Source of the DNA: an uncultured bacterium | GTDB lineage: Bacteria; Hydrothermota; Tepidihabitantia; SM23-42 | Reading direction: 5' to 3' | NCBI GenBank assembly: GCA_964419565.1 | Contig: CAYQPW010000008.1 | Span: 28,284 to 92,283, forward strand | DNA length: 64,000 nucleotides | Shown: positions 35,905 to 47,218 of the stretch, one piece after another | Layout of the letters: each line of letters begins with the position of its first letter | Numbering within the stretch: the first letter of the stretch is position 1 | Translations under genes and position numbers: made by a program | Notes under the pieces: model-generated | The model's database searches: none | The model's input: the letters and a program-made list of their open reading frames with translations, nothing else | Told to the model about the DNA's origin: nothing

Positions 35905-37148
35905 TTTAATAATTTTCTAAAAGGAGATCTCTCGTATTCGGCGAGCAGAAATAAATATACGCCAGAGACAAAAAGCACAATATTGGGCAACCACATCGCC
36001 CAGTAAGGCGAAAAGCCGCGGCGATCAGCAAATTCCTCGCCGGCTAGGATAAGGATGTAATAGGAAGAAAACAACAGGATGCCGATAAGTACGCCGGCGA
36101 TCCCGCCACGACGGAAAAGATAACCTAAGGGCGCACCGATCAGGACAAAAAGGATACAGGCGACAGCTAATGAGAATTTTTTATTGAACTCAACGATATA
36201 TCGAGAAACCCTTCTCTCTTTGCCCTTTATAACGTTTATTTTTTTCTCGATCTTAAAACGCGCGGCATCGAGGTTGCTGACATTACCATTAACGAATCCG
36301 GTAATCGCCTCACTGCCAATGGCGGCTATTTCATCATTTAAAACCGCGATCTCTTTTCTCGCTTCGTCAATTTTCGCCCGAAGTCCAAAGACATTCAACT
36401 CATTTTGATTCCGGCTTGTTCGTTCTTTTCTTATGAGTTCAGTATTTACCGCCATGTTAATTGTCTGTTTGCTGAAATCTGTTTTCTGGTATTTGATCTC
36501 ATCGATAAGCTGGTGTAATTCACCATTGTAGAGAGTGAATTGAAGTATGCCCTCATCTTCAAAATCATTAAGATCCCCGTTGGGCGCGGTCATCATCAAA
36601 TTATTACGAAGATCATAGATCGTAATATCATAGAGTTTCGAACGATGTTCGTCTTTTCTACCTACATAAACCATATAACCGGGAAACTCATTTGTAAAGA
36701 CACCTTCAGGTAATCTTATCGCTGGTCTTTTACGCGAGACATCGAGCATAAGATTCCTTACGCGATGGTTAGATTCTGGGAGAATGAAGCTGTTGAAAAA
36801 GATAAGAAAGAGCATAAAAATAAGAGTAGCTATTAAAGGCGTCTTCATGAGCGAAAAGAAAGTCTGACCACTGACCTTTAGAGCGAGAATTTCATTGTCC
36901 TGGGCAAAGCGTCCGAAGGTCATGACGATAGCGACAAGAATCGCCATTGGTGCAGTATAAGAAATGATCAAGGGCAGTGTATAGACGAGTATCTGACCGA
37001 CGATGTCAAAAGGTAGGCCTTTTCTTACAAAAAGATCAATAAGGCGGAACAGTTGATCCATCAGCAGGATAAAGGTTAACGCGATCAAAGAAAAAAAGAA
37101 AGGGGGTATGAACTCGCGAAGGAAATAGCGGTCTATTAATCTATTCAA
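35901..37148 (-). CDS. LPS export ABC transporter permease, LptF/LptG (YjgP/YjgQ) family
   Basis: MNRLIDRYFLREFIPPFFFSL..., a paralog of the downstream gene. The 4-nt overlap suggests translational coupling. Confidence 0.85.
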   Translation of the reverse strand: MNRLIDRYFLREFIPPFFFSLIALTFILLMDQLFRLIDLFVRKGLPFDIVGQILVYTLPLIISYTAPMAILVAIVMTFGRFAQDNEILALKVSGQTFFSLMKTPLIATLIFMLFLIFFNSFILPESNHRVRNLMLDVSRKRPAIRLPEGVFTNEFPGYMVYVGRKDEHRSKLYDITIYDLRNNLMMTAPNGDLNDFEDEGILQFTLYNGELHQLIDEIKYQKTDFSKQTINMAVNTELIRKERTSRNQNELNVFGLRAKIDEARKEIAVLNDEIAAIGSEAITGFVNGNVSNLDAARFKIEKKINVIKGKERRVSRYIVEFNKKFSLAVACILFVLIGAPLGYLFRRGGIAGVLIGILLFSSYYILILAGEEFADRRGFSPYWAMWLPNIVLFVSGVYLFLLAEYERSPFRKLLK

Positions 37149-37905
37149 TCAATCCTCTCTTTTTGAGTTGCGCAACTCCGGTCACTGCTGAGGTGAGCGG
37201 TGCCCACTTGCCGGGATCAAGATCGGCATTGAAAGGCATGATCCCAAGGTGAACAAGTCTCATATAGGGGATGTAAAGATATGAATTATTTTGTATTTTT
37301 TTCATAGCAAAGAAATCTTTAGGATAGATCGGGTCAACCAACCGGTCAAAAAGAATGATCAGATTACCATTTGTCAGGGTATCATACTCATAGAATTTAC
37401 TGTCCGGGAATAATGGTAAGTAGTTTTCCGATACCGCAAAGACCATCGGGTCAGCGTATATTGGACGATCACTTGCACCACACACGATTTCTGCAAAAAG
37501 CCTTCTGGTGAGAGTGTATTTTTCATTGACAACGCGATTGATCGACGGCTGCAAGCCGTTGAGAAAAGCAAACATTTCCTGGTATTTCTTGTTTCTTCGA
37601 TAAAAGAGAAACAGATTCAAATATGCATTTTCGTCAGTACTACCGATATTGATCAATTGTTCCAAAACATGCACGGATTTAATCTCATCTTTGAGCTTCT
37701 TATAGCAATCATATAGATAATACAAGGTAGTCTGGGATTCTGGATGTTCATTATAATAAGCGTCGAAGTGGATTACCGCTTGTTGGTAATGGTCTTTTTG
37801 ATACTCGATCAACCCTTTTTCAAACTCGCTTCGGCGTTTGAAAAATGTTGAGCAGCTTATGCAAATGAGGAGTACTAAGGTCCAAAAATAATGGCGAGAC
37901 GGCAT
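37141..37905 (-). CDS. Hypothetical lipoprotein with TPR-like helical N-terminal half
   Basis: Lipobox-like LLICISC. Helical repeats (YQQAVIHFDAYYNEHPES, YYLYDCYKKL). I recognise no family. Confidence 0.6.
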   Translation of the reverse strand: MPSRHYFWTLVLLICISCSTFFKRRSEFEKGLIEYQKDHYQQAVIHFDAYYNEHPESQTTLYYLYDCYKKLKDEIKSVHVLEQLINIGSTDENAYLNLFLFYRRNKKYQEMFAFLNGLQPSINRVVNEKYTLTRRLFAEIVCGASDRPIYADPMVFAVSENYLPLFPDSKFYEYDTLTNGNLIILFDRLVDPIYPKDFFAMKKIQNNSYLYIPYMRLVHLGIMPFNADLDPGKWAPLTSAVTGVAQLKKRGLIE

Positions 37906-38663
37906 TCTCTTAAAAGGTTCAAGTTATTTTTCGAACCGTGTATGCGTTGTCCATTCGAGACAGTAACTTTGATATCGGTTCGCGAGCTACCGACGACATC
38001 GGTTGCCCTAATTCTAAGGGGGTTTTGCCCGATTCTCGGATCATTGTGCGGTTCTTGCATTGTGTAAAGGACTAAACCCTGATCGATAATGAAATTCTGG
38101 TCAGCAAAATTCACCGAGTATATCTCATCCAGAGCCTCATTATAAATCTTTGGGAAAAGACATGGTTTCAAGTTGAGACCTCGACAATCGATGATAATAC
38201 CGGTATACACAGCAGTTTCAATCTGTTTCGGAACAAGCTTTATGTCCGGATGCACTGGTTTACCTTCAGGCCATTCCTGGCCGCAGTAAGGACACAGCAT
38301 GGGCACAACGAGTTTTACCGGCGAGGGTTTCGGCAAGATATAGAGCATTATTTTATTAGTTAAAGAAAGATTGTAGACATATTCGGTACTGCCGTCGGTC
38401 AGGTAATTCTGCTTGAGAACACGGTATTCTGCAAGAAGGCTGGATACTTGATCACTGTATTGAGTATTGGTCTTGAGAAAATCCCTGACCAACATGCTTT
38501 GATCGTATTGCAGATTGCTGAATTCTTTTTTCAAAAGATCAAATGCAGTTACCTGGTCAGTTGCTGATGCCTTGAGTGTGTAAGTTTCCCAGTCCATATC
38601 TCCGGAAGTCGGTCCGGTAGCAAGAAGACAAAATAAAATAAAGAAAAACTTCAATTTCAACAT
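37875..38663 (-). CDS. Hypothetical secreted protein (contains a CPYCGQEW motif)
   Basis: Signal peptide MLKLKFFFILFCLLATGP with GGAGG upstream. I recognise no family. Confidence 0.6.
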   Translation of the reverse strand: MLKLKFFFILFCLLATGPTSGDMDWETYTLKASATDQVTAFDLLKKEFSNLQYDQSMLVRDFLKTNTQYSDQVSSLLAEYRVLKQNYLTDGSTEYVYNLSLTNKIMLYILPKPSPVKLVVPMLCPYCGQEWPEGKPVHPDIKLVPKQIETAVYTGIIIDCRGLNLKPCLFPKIYNEALDEIYSVNFADQNFIIDQGLVLYTMQEPHNDPRIGQNPLRIRATDVVGSSRTDIKVTVSNGQRIHGSKNNLNLLRECRLAIIFGP

Positions 38664-38673
38664 AATACCTCCA

Positions 38674-38695
38674 TGCGATCCATATATGGATCGCA
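38674..38695. promoter_or_regulatory. 22-nt perfect palindrome abutting the RBS of the 37875..38663 gene
   Basis: TGCGATCCATATATGGATCGCA is its own reverse complement. On the coding (minus) strand it ends 1 nt before the GGAGG Shine-Dalgarno. Confidence 0.4.
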
Positions 38696-38799
38696 GCTAA
38701 TAGTAGATAGCTTCTGGCAGATAACCGATAACGAGTCTCTTATAAGCCATTAACTATGAGCTATCTGTGGTGTCACTTTGGGTGACACGCCACATACAC

Positions 38800-38871
38800 A
38801 GCGGGCGACGGGATTCGAACCCGCGACCCTCGGCTTGGGAAGCCGATGCTCGACCCCTGAGCTACACCCGC
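38800..38871 (-). tRNA. tRNA-Gly (anticodon CCC), CCA not encoded
   Basis: Reverse complement GCGGGTGTAGCTCAGGGGTCGAGCATCGGCTTCCCAAGCCGAGGGTCGCGGGTTCGAATCCCGTCGCCCGCT. Anticodon loop TTCCCAA. Confidence 0.9.
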
Positions 38872-38923
38872 AACTTTGCAAAAATTATATGCCAAATGCT
38901 TAACATGTCAAGATTAATGATTT

Positions 38924-40075
38924 TTAAAAAAGATATTTAACACAAATAGACCAGTTTGAAAGAATATTTAGATGCTCCTGGTTGCACAAGTCGATCGATA
39001 GATCTTTATTAGGCTGCCAGCCGATACCGAAAGAATAATTATAGCCAAACTCGTGAGTGATATCTTCCTGAATAAGCCCGGTATCATTTGACTCTCTTAA
39101 TCTTGTAAAATCATAAACAAAACTCGTGCCGAAACGCACATAGACTTTGTTGATCAGGTATTCAACAGCCAGCGGGATCCTCATGCTATTAGTGATCGCC
39201 TTGAGAATGTTATCGGTTACATAATTATGCGTCGGTTGATAGACGAAATCATTGCGCAGTCCGATGGCAAAAAAACCATTCTCGGTCAAAGGACATACTC
39301 TTGCCCAGCCGAATCGGGATATAAAGGTATTCCCAAAATATTTGATTTTCCTTTCATGATCTGCGATATCGCTGTAGATAGAATAGGGCAAGGAATTTAT
39401 CTCGGCCCTTGATATTGGACCGCCGAGAGTAAGATAGCATGATGTAAACCGCTTATCATTTGGCGGAGTCATACCAACATAATACAGTCCGATGCGTCCA
39501 CTTGTGATCCCGATGCGTTGGTTATAGTTATCAATATGATTGTACTGGTCAACCCTTTCGTAAAAGCCAGCGGCAACTTTGAAGTCAATATCTACTCTAC
39601 CGATAAAAAAAGATGTTTGAGCTCTTATAAAGTATTCAAGGTCCTTGAACAAATGATTATTATATGTTTGCGCATTATCTAATTCATAACGGCGGATGCA
39701 ACCATCATTGGAAAAATTCCAGACTTCATCTTTGATCCTGACCATCCAGAGGTCTTCGAATTCTATCGTATAATCTTCAGTGCTTTGCCAGCCCGGATAA
39801 CTCTGTTCGAGTTCATAATCATATTCTAACCAGTACCTTGCGAGAACACCCATACGCCGTGAACATAACAGTATACTCAAGGGCGTTGGTTCACTTTCAT
39901 CATAGGCTATACCGATCATTTTTGCACAAAAACACTGCGGGCTGCGATAGAGATCAGTCTGATAATCAGGGATAAGCCAGGCAAGATCAGTACCCAGAGC
40001 TTTAATCCGGGATGAGAACTCTAAGGCATGAGTTGAACTTATCAGAAGAACCAAACATATTGCAGAATATCTCAT
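38924..40075 (-). CDS. Hypothetical outer-membrane beta-barrel-like protein
   Basis: Start set at MRYSAICLVLLISSTHA (GAGGAGG upstream); the 67-aa extension in the track looks spurious. Composition is rich in alternating aromatic and polar residues, and the C-terminus ends ...ICVKYLF with a terminal Phe, as in OMP beta-signals. Confidence 0.6.
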   Translation of the reverse strand: MRYSAICLVLLISSTHALEFSSRIKALGTDLAWLIPDYQTDLYRSPQCFCAKMIGIAYDESEPTPLSILLCSRRMGVLARYWLEYDYELEQSYPGWQSTEDYTIEFEDLWMVRIKDEVWNFSNDGCIRRYELDNAQTYNNHLFKDLEYFIRAQTSFFIGRVDIDFKVAAGFYERVDQYNHIDNYNQRIGITSGRIGLYYVGMTPPNDKRFTSCYLTLGGPISRAEINSLPYSIYSDIADHERKIKYFGNTFISRFGWARVCPLTENGFFAIGLRNDFVYQPTHNYVTDNILKAITNSMRIPLAVEYLINKVYVRFGTSFVYDFTRLRESNDTGLIQEDITHEFGYNYSFGIGWQPNKDLSIDLCNQEHLNILSNWSICVKYLF

Positions 40076-40211
40076 GATTTCCTCCTCTTTACTTGAATTT
40101 ATCGAATTAAGTGTAATGAGGAAAGTCTGATTGTCAATATAACCGATTGACAGCAGATGGTTTCTTATTATAATTCCCTCAGGTCCTATTAGAAGAAAGG
40201 AGGTTGATAGA

Positions 40212-40619
40212 ATGAAGTACCAAAGACATCTTTTAATAGTATTGCTTTTGGCGGTGTTTTTTATCTGCTGCGACAAGAAAGATGACCGTCAAAAAGCAGG
40301 TGACTATACTCCTTTGGCTGAACAATTTGTCAAGCTGCTAATTAATGAAGAGTATGAAAAAGCCATACAGAGTTTTGATGATACCATGAAAAACACCTTA
40401 CCGTCAGATAAACTTGAAATTGCATGGCAGAATTTGATCACCCAGGTGGGTCATTATAAAAGGCAGCTCGGTGTGCGTCAGACAAAAGAGCAGGGTTATG
40501 ATATAGTTTTTGTATCCTGCGAGTTTGAAAAAAATAATGCAGATATTAAGATAGTATTCAATAATACGAAAGAAATCGCCGGATTGTGGTTTGTTCCGCC
40601 GATAGAATACAAACCATGA
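40212..40619 (+). CDS. DUF3887-like lipoprotein
   Basis: Lipobox LLLAVFFICC, then FVKLLINEEYEKAIQSFDDTMKNTLPSDKLEIAWQNLITQVGHYK..., the DUF3887 pattern. SD AAGGAGG. Confidence 0.6.
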   Translation: MKYQRHLLIVLLLAVFFICCDKKDDRQKAGDYTPLAEQFVKLLINEEYEKAIQSFDDTMKNTLPSDKLEIAWQNLITQVGHYKRQLGVRQTKEQGYDIVFVSCEFEKNNADIKIVFNNTKEIAGLWFVPPIEYKP

Positions 40620-40802
40620 CAATATTTTGGTTAGGGGTGAACCCTAAACATAAGTGATAACGAGGGCAGGTTCACCCTATGGAGTGTCCTGTCAGTTAAT
40701 AATAATAAGAGGAGTTTTTCTCGTAACTATGTCAAAATCCGTGGTAAAAGCACGGCTTTGACCTTAAGGTAATGCTTGACGACTGGGGGAAAATCAGTAT
40801 AA

Positions 40803-43007
<2,205 letters not shown>

Positions 43008-43011
<4 letters not shown>

Positions 43012-44231
43012 TCGCGGATCTGCATATACATTCACGGTATTCAAGGGCGACATCAAAAGAAATGATGATCCCAAAAATTGCCGAATATGCGAAACTCAAG
43101 GGTATCAATCTGGTAGCTACTGGTGATTTTACGCATCCGGAATGGTTAAAGCAGTTAAAGGCGAATCTGGAAGAGGCCGGCAATGGGATTTATCAACACG
43201 GCGGCGTAAAATTCATATTGAATGTAGAGGTCAATAACATATACACCAAGAAAGGTAAATTACGGCGTTTACACAATCTAATTTTTGCTCCTGATTTTGC
43301 CACGGTCGAAAAGATCAACAGCTATTTGACTAAATATGGAAAACTCGCTTCGGACGGTAGACCGATTCTGTCACTTGATAGCCTTGAAATGTTCAAAGCG
43401 CTGCTCGATATTTCTTCAGACATAATGCTCATCCCGGCGCATATCTGGACACCGTGGTTTTCTATGTTCGGTTCCAACTCGGGTTTTGATACGATCGACG
43501 AGTGTTTCGGGGATCTGAAAGACGATATTTTTGCCATGGAAACCGGGCTGTCATCTGACCCGGCCATGAACTGGCGTTTGTCAGTACTCGATAATTATAC
43601 CCTGGTGTCGAATTCTGATGCTCACTCACCTTCACGCCTGGGGCGTGAGGTCAATGTTTTTAAAGAAGACCTGGATTATTTCCAGCTTCGGGATGTACTA
43701 AAGCAAAAAGATAAAAGCAGATTTTTATATACGATCGAATTCTATCCAGAAGAGGGGAAATACCATTATGATGGACACCGTAAATGCGATGTCCGGCTGT
43801 CTCCGAAAGAAGCGCGATTCAACAATAATCTTTGTCCAGTCTGCTCACGCAGCTTAACGATCGGCGTACTGCATCGCGTTGAATCCCTTTCTGACCGTGA
43901 TGAAGGTTTTGTCCCGGATAGTTCAATACCCTATAAAAAAATGATCCCTTTAGAAGAGATCATCGCTGAAGCAAAAGGGTGCGGACGCGACACGGTCGGC
44001 GTGAAAAACGAATACCGCAGACTGTGCGGCATCTTTGGCAATGAATTTGAAATATTATTACATGCCTCGGCCGATGAATTAAAAAATAATGCTGATGAGC
44101 GCATCGCCCTTGCCGTCGAACGCGTACGCCGGGGTGATCTTATAATAAACCCTGGTTATGACGGTGAATTCGGTACGGTGAGGATATTCGAAGAGCAAAA
44201 GCCAAAAGAATCACAATTAGGTCTGTTTTAA
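43008..44231 (+). CDS. PHP-domain protein, endonuclease Q-like (TIGR00375-type)
   Basis: N-terminal PHP motif MIADLHIHSRYSRATS, later HIWTPWFS and NSDAHS metal-ligand motifs, and a zinc-finger-like segment (HRKCDV...CPVCSRSLTIGVLHRV). Confidence 0.6.
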
Positions 44232-44253
44232 ATTCCCCCTGTTACATTGCCTT

Positions 44254-44736
44254 TTAGAAAGCTGCTGTACAGTACCAGTAGTCGGGTTTCGGAACGTCCG
44301 TTGTTTGTTGTGAAACGTTCTGAATTTCCAATCTGCCGTCGCTTGACACGACCCTGAAATAACAGGCGCCGATCGGTATTTCTCCAAAGAATATCTTCAG
44401 GTAATAATCACCTAATACGTACGGACCAAAAACTTCAACGGAATAAGCGGTAATTCCTAATTGACCAGTGAATTCGATTTCAGTGCGAAGACTTGCTCCT
44501 TCATAGAACTCGTGATACAAAGGCAGGTCTTTTTCGAATCGATCGGTAAAATCTATTTGCATACGTACGCCGCAGAGGTTGCCATAGATATCGTAATAGG
44601 CAGCGGAAACCCAGGTATCCCATATATGTGGAGGTGCCATGAAATCATCGCTATGAATGTCAAACAAATTGGTTCTTTCACGGCAGCTTAACAGACAGAG
44701 TATCATAATAGGTAATATATAAGAAAAGCGCTTCAT
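44254..44736 (-). CDS. Hypothetical lipoprotein, cassette copy 2 (paralog of 45311..45754)
   Basis: Lipobox LLSC followed by RERTNLFD...DDF.APP.I, and C-terminal FGEIPIGACYFRVV. It shares these motifs with the other copy. Confidence 0.65.
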   Translation of the reverse strand: MKRFSYILPIMILCLLSCRERTNLFDIHSDDFMAPPHIWDTWVSAAYYDIYGNLCGVRMQIDFTDRFEKDLPLYHEFYEGASLRTEIEFTGQLGITAYSVEVFGPYVLGDYYLKIFFGEIPIGACYFRVVSSDGRLEIQNVSQQTTDVPKPDYWYCTAAF

Positions 44737-44745
44737 CTTATCTCC

Positions 44746-45159
44746 TCAAAGAATCGTTTTGATGCCTAATGACAATTTATTTCGGTAAGAATACTGGAAA
44801 TCAAATGTTGGTGTGTGCTTTGCTGATTTTGATGCCTTAACATGCTTCAGTTGATAATACAGCGCCCGCAACGTAAATACCACTGCACCGACTGCGCAGA
44901 TATTCCTTAGATTATCATAGCGTATTGTTTTATCCCAGTTTTCAATTGAGCTTCTTATTGAATCACTATAAATATAATCCTCGTACGCTTTTTTACCAAG
45001 GGTGTGGAAAATGCCTGTGCCGATCCCGAATCCAATACCAACAAAACCATTCAACAATACTTGTTTTGTGTAGCTCTTTGGTTTTACGACATTAGCCTGT
45101 TGTATTAAGGTATCAGCAGAGGTATTAAAACAAAATACAAAGATCAGTAAATGTGTCAT
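44746..45159 (-). CDS. Hypothetical small membrane/secreted protein, cassette copy 2 (paralog of 45764..46180)
   Basis: Shared motifs with the paralog: NGF..G.GI..GIFH, AY.DY, ENW..T, DN.RNICA.GAV.F, R.LYY..K, FDF.Y. Own promoter TTGACA-16-TATACT (45203..45176) and SD AAGGGGG. Confidence 0.65.
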   Translation of the reverse strand: MTHLLIFVFCFNTSADTLIQQANVVKPKSYTKQVLLNGFVGIGFGIGTGIFHTLGKKAYEDYIYSDSIRSSIENWDKTIRYDNLRNICAVGAVVFTLRALYYQLKHVKASKSAKHTPTFDFQYSYRNKLSLGIKTIL

Positions 45160-45310
45160 TTTTCCCCCTTATCTCAGTATAATATTAAGAAACCCGATGT
45201 CAACCATGATCAATCAAATGTCCGTGCGGATCTTACTGCCCGATAATAAAATTGCGATTGGCTTGTGATTATTTATTAACTGATAAGATTACTGTATTGT
45301 TTATACGTAA

Positions 45311-45754
45311 TTATTCTGCGATCGGCTTGATGACCCTGGCGCCATTATCATCTACAATCGCAAAGGTTGCTGCACCGATCGGTATGCCGCCAAAATAGAC
45401 AGTCAAACAAAAAAGCCCGATATCATACGTGGCATATACATCCCGGTCATAGATACGATCACCATAATTCATCCGAACGTCAAAACTTGTCATCTCAGTC
45501 TTTACACTGTCGACAAATTCATAGAGTATATTATGTAAAATAGTTTCTTTTTCAAATTCTTCAACGAAATTTACAGTAAAATGAACGCCGATCAAAATCC
45601 ACTGCTCATTATATATCGCTGAATCAGCAAGCGCGGAAAAGATAGCTGGAGGCGGTGTAAAATCATCACAGCCCGGATCGAACATATTGTCTCGTTCCCG
45701 GCACCCCGCCAGTAAAAGCAATAGCATTCCGAGGATTTTAACATTAGATCTCAT
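45311..45754 (-). CDS. Hypothetical lipoprotein, cassette copy 1
   Basis: Lipobox LLAGC followed by RERDNMFDPGCDDFTPPPAI, and C-terminal FGGIPIGAATFAIV. Confidence 0.65.
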   Translation of the reverse strand: MRSNVKILGMLLLLLAGCRERDNMFDPGCDDFTPPPAIFSALADSAIYNEQWILIGVHFTVNFVEEFEKETILHNILYEFVDSVKTEMTSFDVRMNYGDRIYDRDVYATYDIGLFCLTVYFGGIPIGAATFAIVDDNGARVIKPIAE

Positions 45755-45763
45755 ACGATATCC

Positions 45764-46180
45764 TCACAACGCTTTTTGTATGCAGAACACCCATTTTGAA
45801 GTATCGATATATTTGAAGTCGAACAAGGACGGTGATTTGAGAGCGTCAGATTGTTTTGTCTGCCTGTTTTTTATGTGATAATACAAGGTTCGAGCAGCAA
45901 ATAAAACAGCTCCGCCAGCACAGATATTGCGTACATTATCATTGAGTTTTGTTCTTTCCCAGTTTTCGACCGCCTCAGCGACGGTCGTGCTATTTTGATA
46001 ATCAGTATAAGCGTGATTGCCGCGGAGATGAAAGATACCGGCTGTGATGCCAAGTCCAGCACTTAGAAAACCGTTGATAATAACCTGTCTAGAATGAGTC
46101 TTGCGCAATACTCGTTGATCGACTTTCAAGCTGTCATTATTTAGATTAAAAAAACAAAGAATGAGCATGCACTGCGCCAT
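45764..46180 (-). CDS. Hypothetical small membrane/secreted protein, cassette copy 1
   Basis: ATG 46180 is preceded by GGAGG; the track start at 46183 is a TTG. Promoter TTGACT-16-TATACT (46226..46199). See the paralog motifs at 44746..45159. Confidence 0.65.
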   Translation of the reverse strand: MAQCMLILCFFNLNNDSLKVDQRVLRKTHSRQVIINGFLSAGLGITAGIFHLRGNHAYTDYQNSTTVAEAVENWERTKLNDNVRNICAGGAVLFAARTLYYHIKNRQTKQSDALKSPSLFDFKYIDTSKWVFCIQKAL

Positions 46181-46284
46181 CAAACCTCCATTCGGTCAAG
46201 TATATATCAGTAAATCGTGAAGTCAAGACCAAGCTGAGATTAACGAATGAGTTGAAATCCAATACAGGACAGATATAATGACGA

Positions 46285-46971
46285 ATGATCGGGGTAATCG
46301 CAAATACCATGCTTGTTCTTGTCGGTAGCGTGATAGGACTTATTCTAAAAAAAGGTATCCCTGAAAATATAAAGAAATCCATTATGACAGGCCTAGGTCT
46401 TTTTACATGTGTCCTCGGCATGAAATTCGGGCTCGAGCTGAATAACGGTCTGGTCGTTGTATTGAGTATTATTACCGGCGGTGCACTCGGTCAATTGATC
46501 GGCATTGAAGAAGGTATTGAAAGACTCGGTCTAAAACTAAAGAAACTAATAAATACACAAGATAAGGGTCTTTTTGCTCAAGGTTTTGTATTCGCCAGTC
46601 TGCTCTTTTGTATCGGACCTATGACCGTGCTCGGTTGTGTCCAGGCTGGTCTGGGAAATAACCCGGAACTTCTCTTTATTAAATCATTAATGGACGGCGT
46701 GTCGGCGATCATCTTAGCATCCTCTTTTGGCATAGGCGTGCTTTTTTCAGCACTTACGGTTCTTTTTTATCAGGGGGGATTGGTCTTGCTTGCCGGTCAG
46801 ATGGGTTTCTTAACGATACCTAAATACTTAAATGATTTTACGAGTGTCGGCGGGATAATAATCTTCAGTATAGGTATCAAATTATTAGGGCTCAAGCCGA
46901 TAAAAAGCGGAAATTTTTTGCCAGCTCTGGTCTTAGTTATTTTGATTACTTTTTTGATGAGCATCATTTAA
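46285..46971 (+). CDS. DUF554-family membrane protein (YqgA/YdfK-like)
   Basis: MIGVIANTMLVLVGSVIGLILKKGIPE...MTGLGLFTCVLGMKF, the typical DUF554 N-terminus. Polytopic. Confidence 0.7.
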   Translation: MIGVIANTMLVLVGSVIGLILKKGIPENIKKSIMTGLGLFTCVLGMKFGLELNNGLVVVLSIITGGALGQLIGIEEGIERLGLKLKKLINTQDKGLFAQGFVFASLLFCIGPMTVLGCVQAGLGNNPELLFIKSLMDGVSAIILASSFGIGVLFSALTVLFYQGGLVLLAGQMGFLTIPKYLNDFTSVGGIIIFSIGIKLLGLKPIKSGNFLPALVLVILITFLMSII

Positions 46972-46976
46972 TTATC

Positions 46977-47004
46977 TTGACTAAATAGATTTTCCATTTA
47001 TAAT
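46977..47004 (+). promoter_or_regulatory. Sigma70-type promoter for the riboswitch and TonB-dependent receptor transcript
   Basis: TTGACT (46977..46982), a 16-nt spacer, then TATAAT (46999..47004). Confidence 0.5.
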
Positions 47005-47011
47005 ACTCCAG

Positions 47012-47182
47012 GTTGGTGGATCCAAGGGAAGCACCGTGAGAATCGGTCGCGGTCGCCGCCACTGTGATTCTTTGTAAGACTCTGATCACTTAAAGTCACT
47101 GACGTCCACACACTGATCTTATTAGTGTCGGGGTTGGGAAGACTGATTAGAGCAAGATAAGTCAGGAGACCTATCCATCAAC
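47012..47182 (+). promoter_or_regulatory. Cobalamin (B12) riboswitch
   Basis: Conserved elements in order: GGTGG, AAGGGAAGC, CGTGAGAATCGG, GCCGCCACTGTGA, GGGAAGA, and a B12 box AGTCAGGAGACCTATCC. Closing P1 is GTTGGTGGAT (47012..47021) with ATCCATCAAC (47173..47182), including one G-U pair. It sits directly upstream of a TonB-dependent receptor. Confidence 0.8.
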
Positions 47183-47218
47183 ATCGCGAGAAAATCCTTC
47201 GGACGAAAGGGGGTAATA

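Noticed and set aside
40076-40276. 67-aa N-terminal extension of the 450-aa minus-strand ORF
   Set aside because: An internal ATG at 40075 has a GAGGAGG SD and begins a proper signal peptide. The extension overlaps the divergent DUF3887 gene start and its promoter region.
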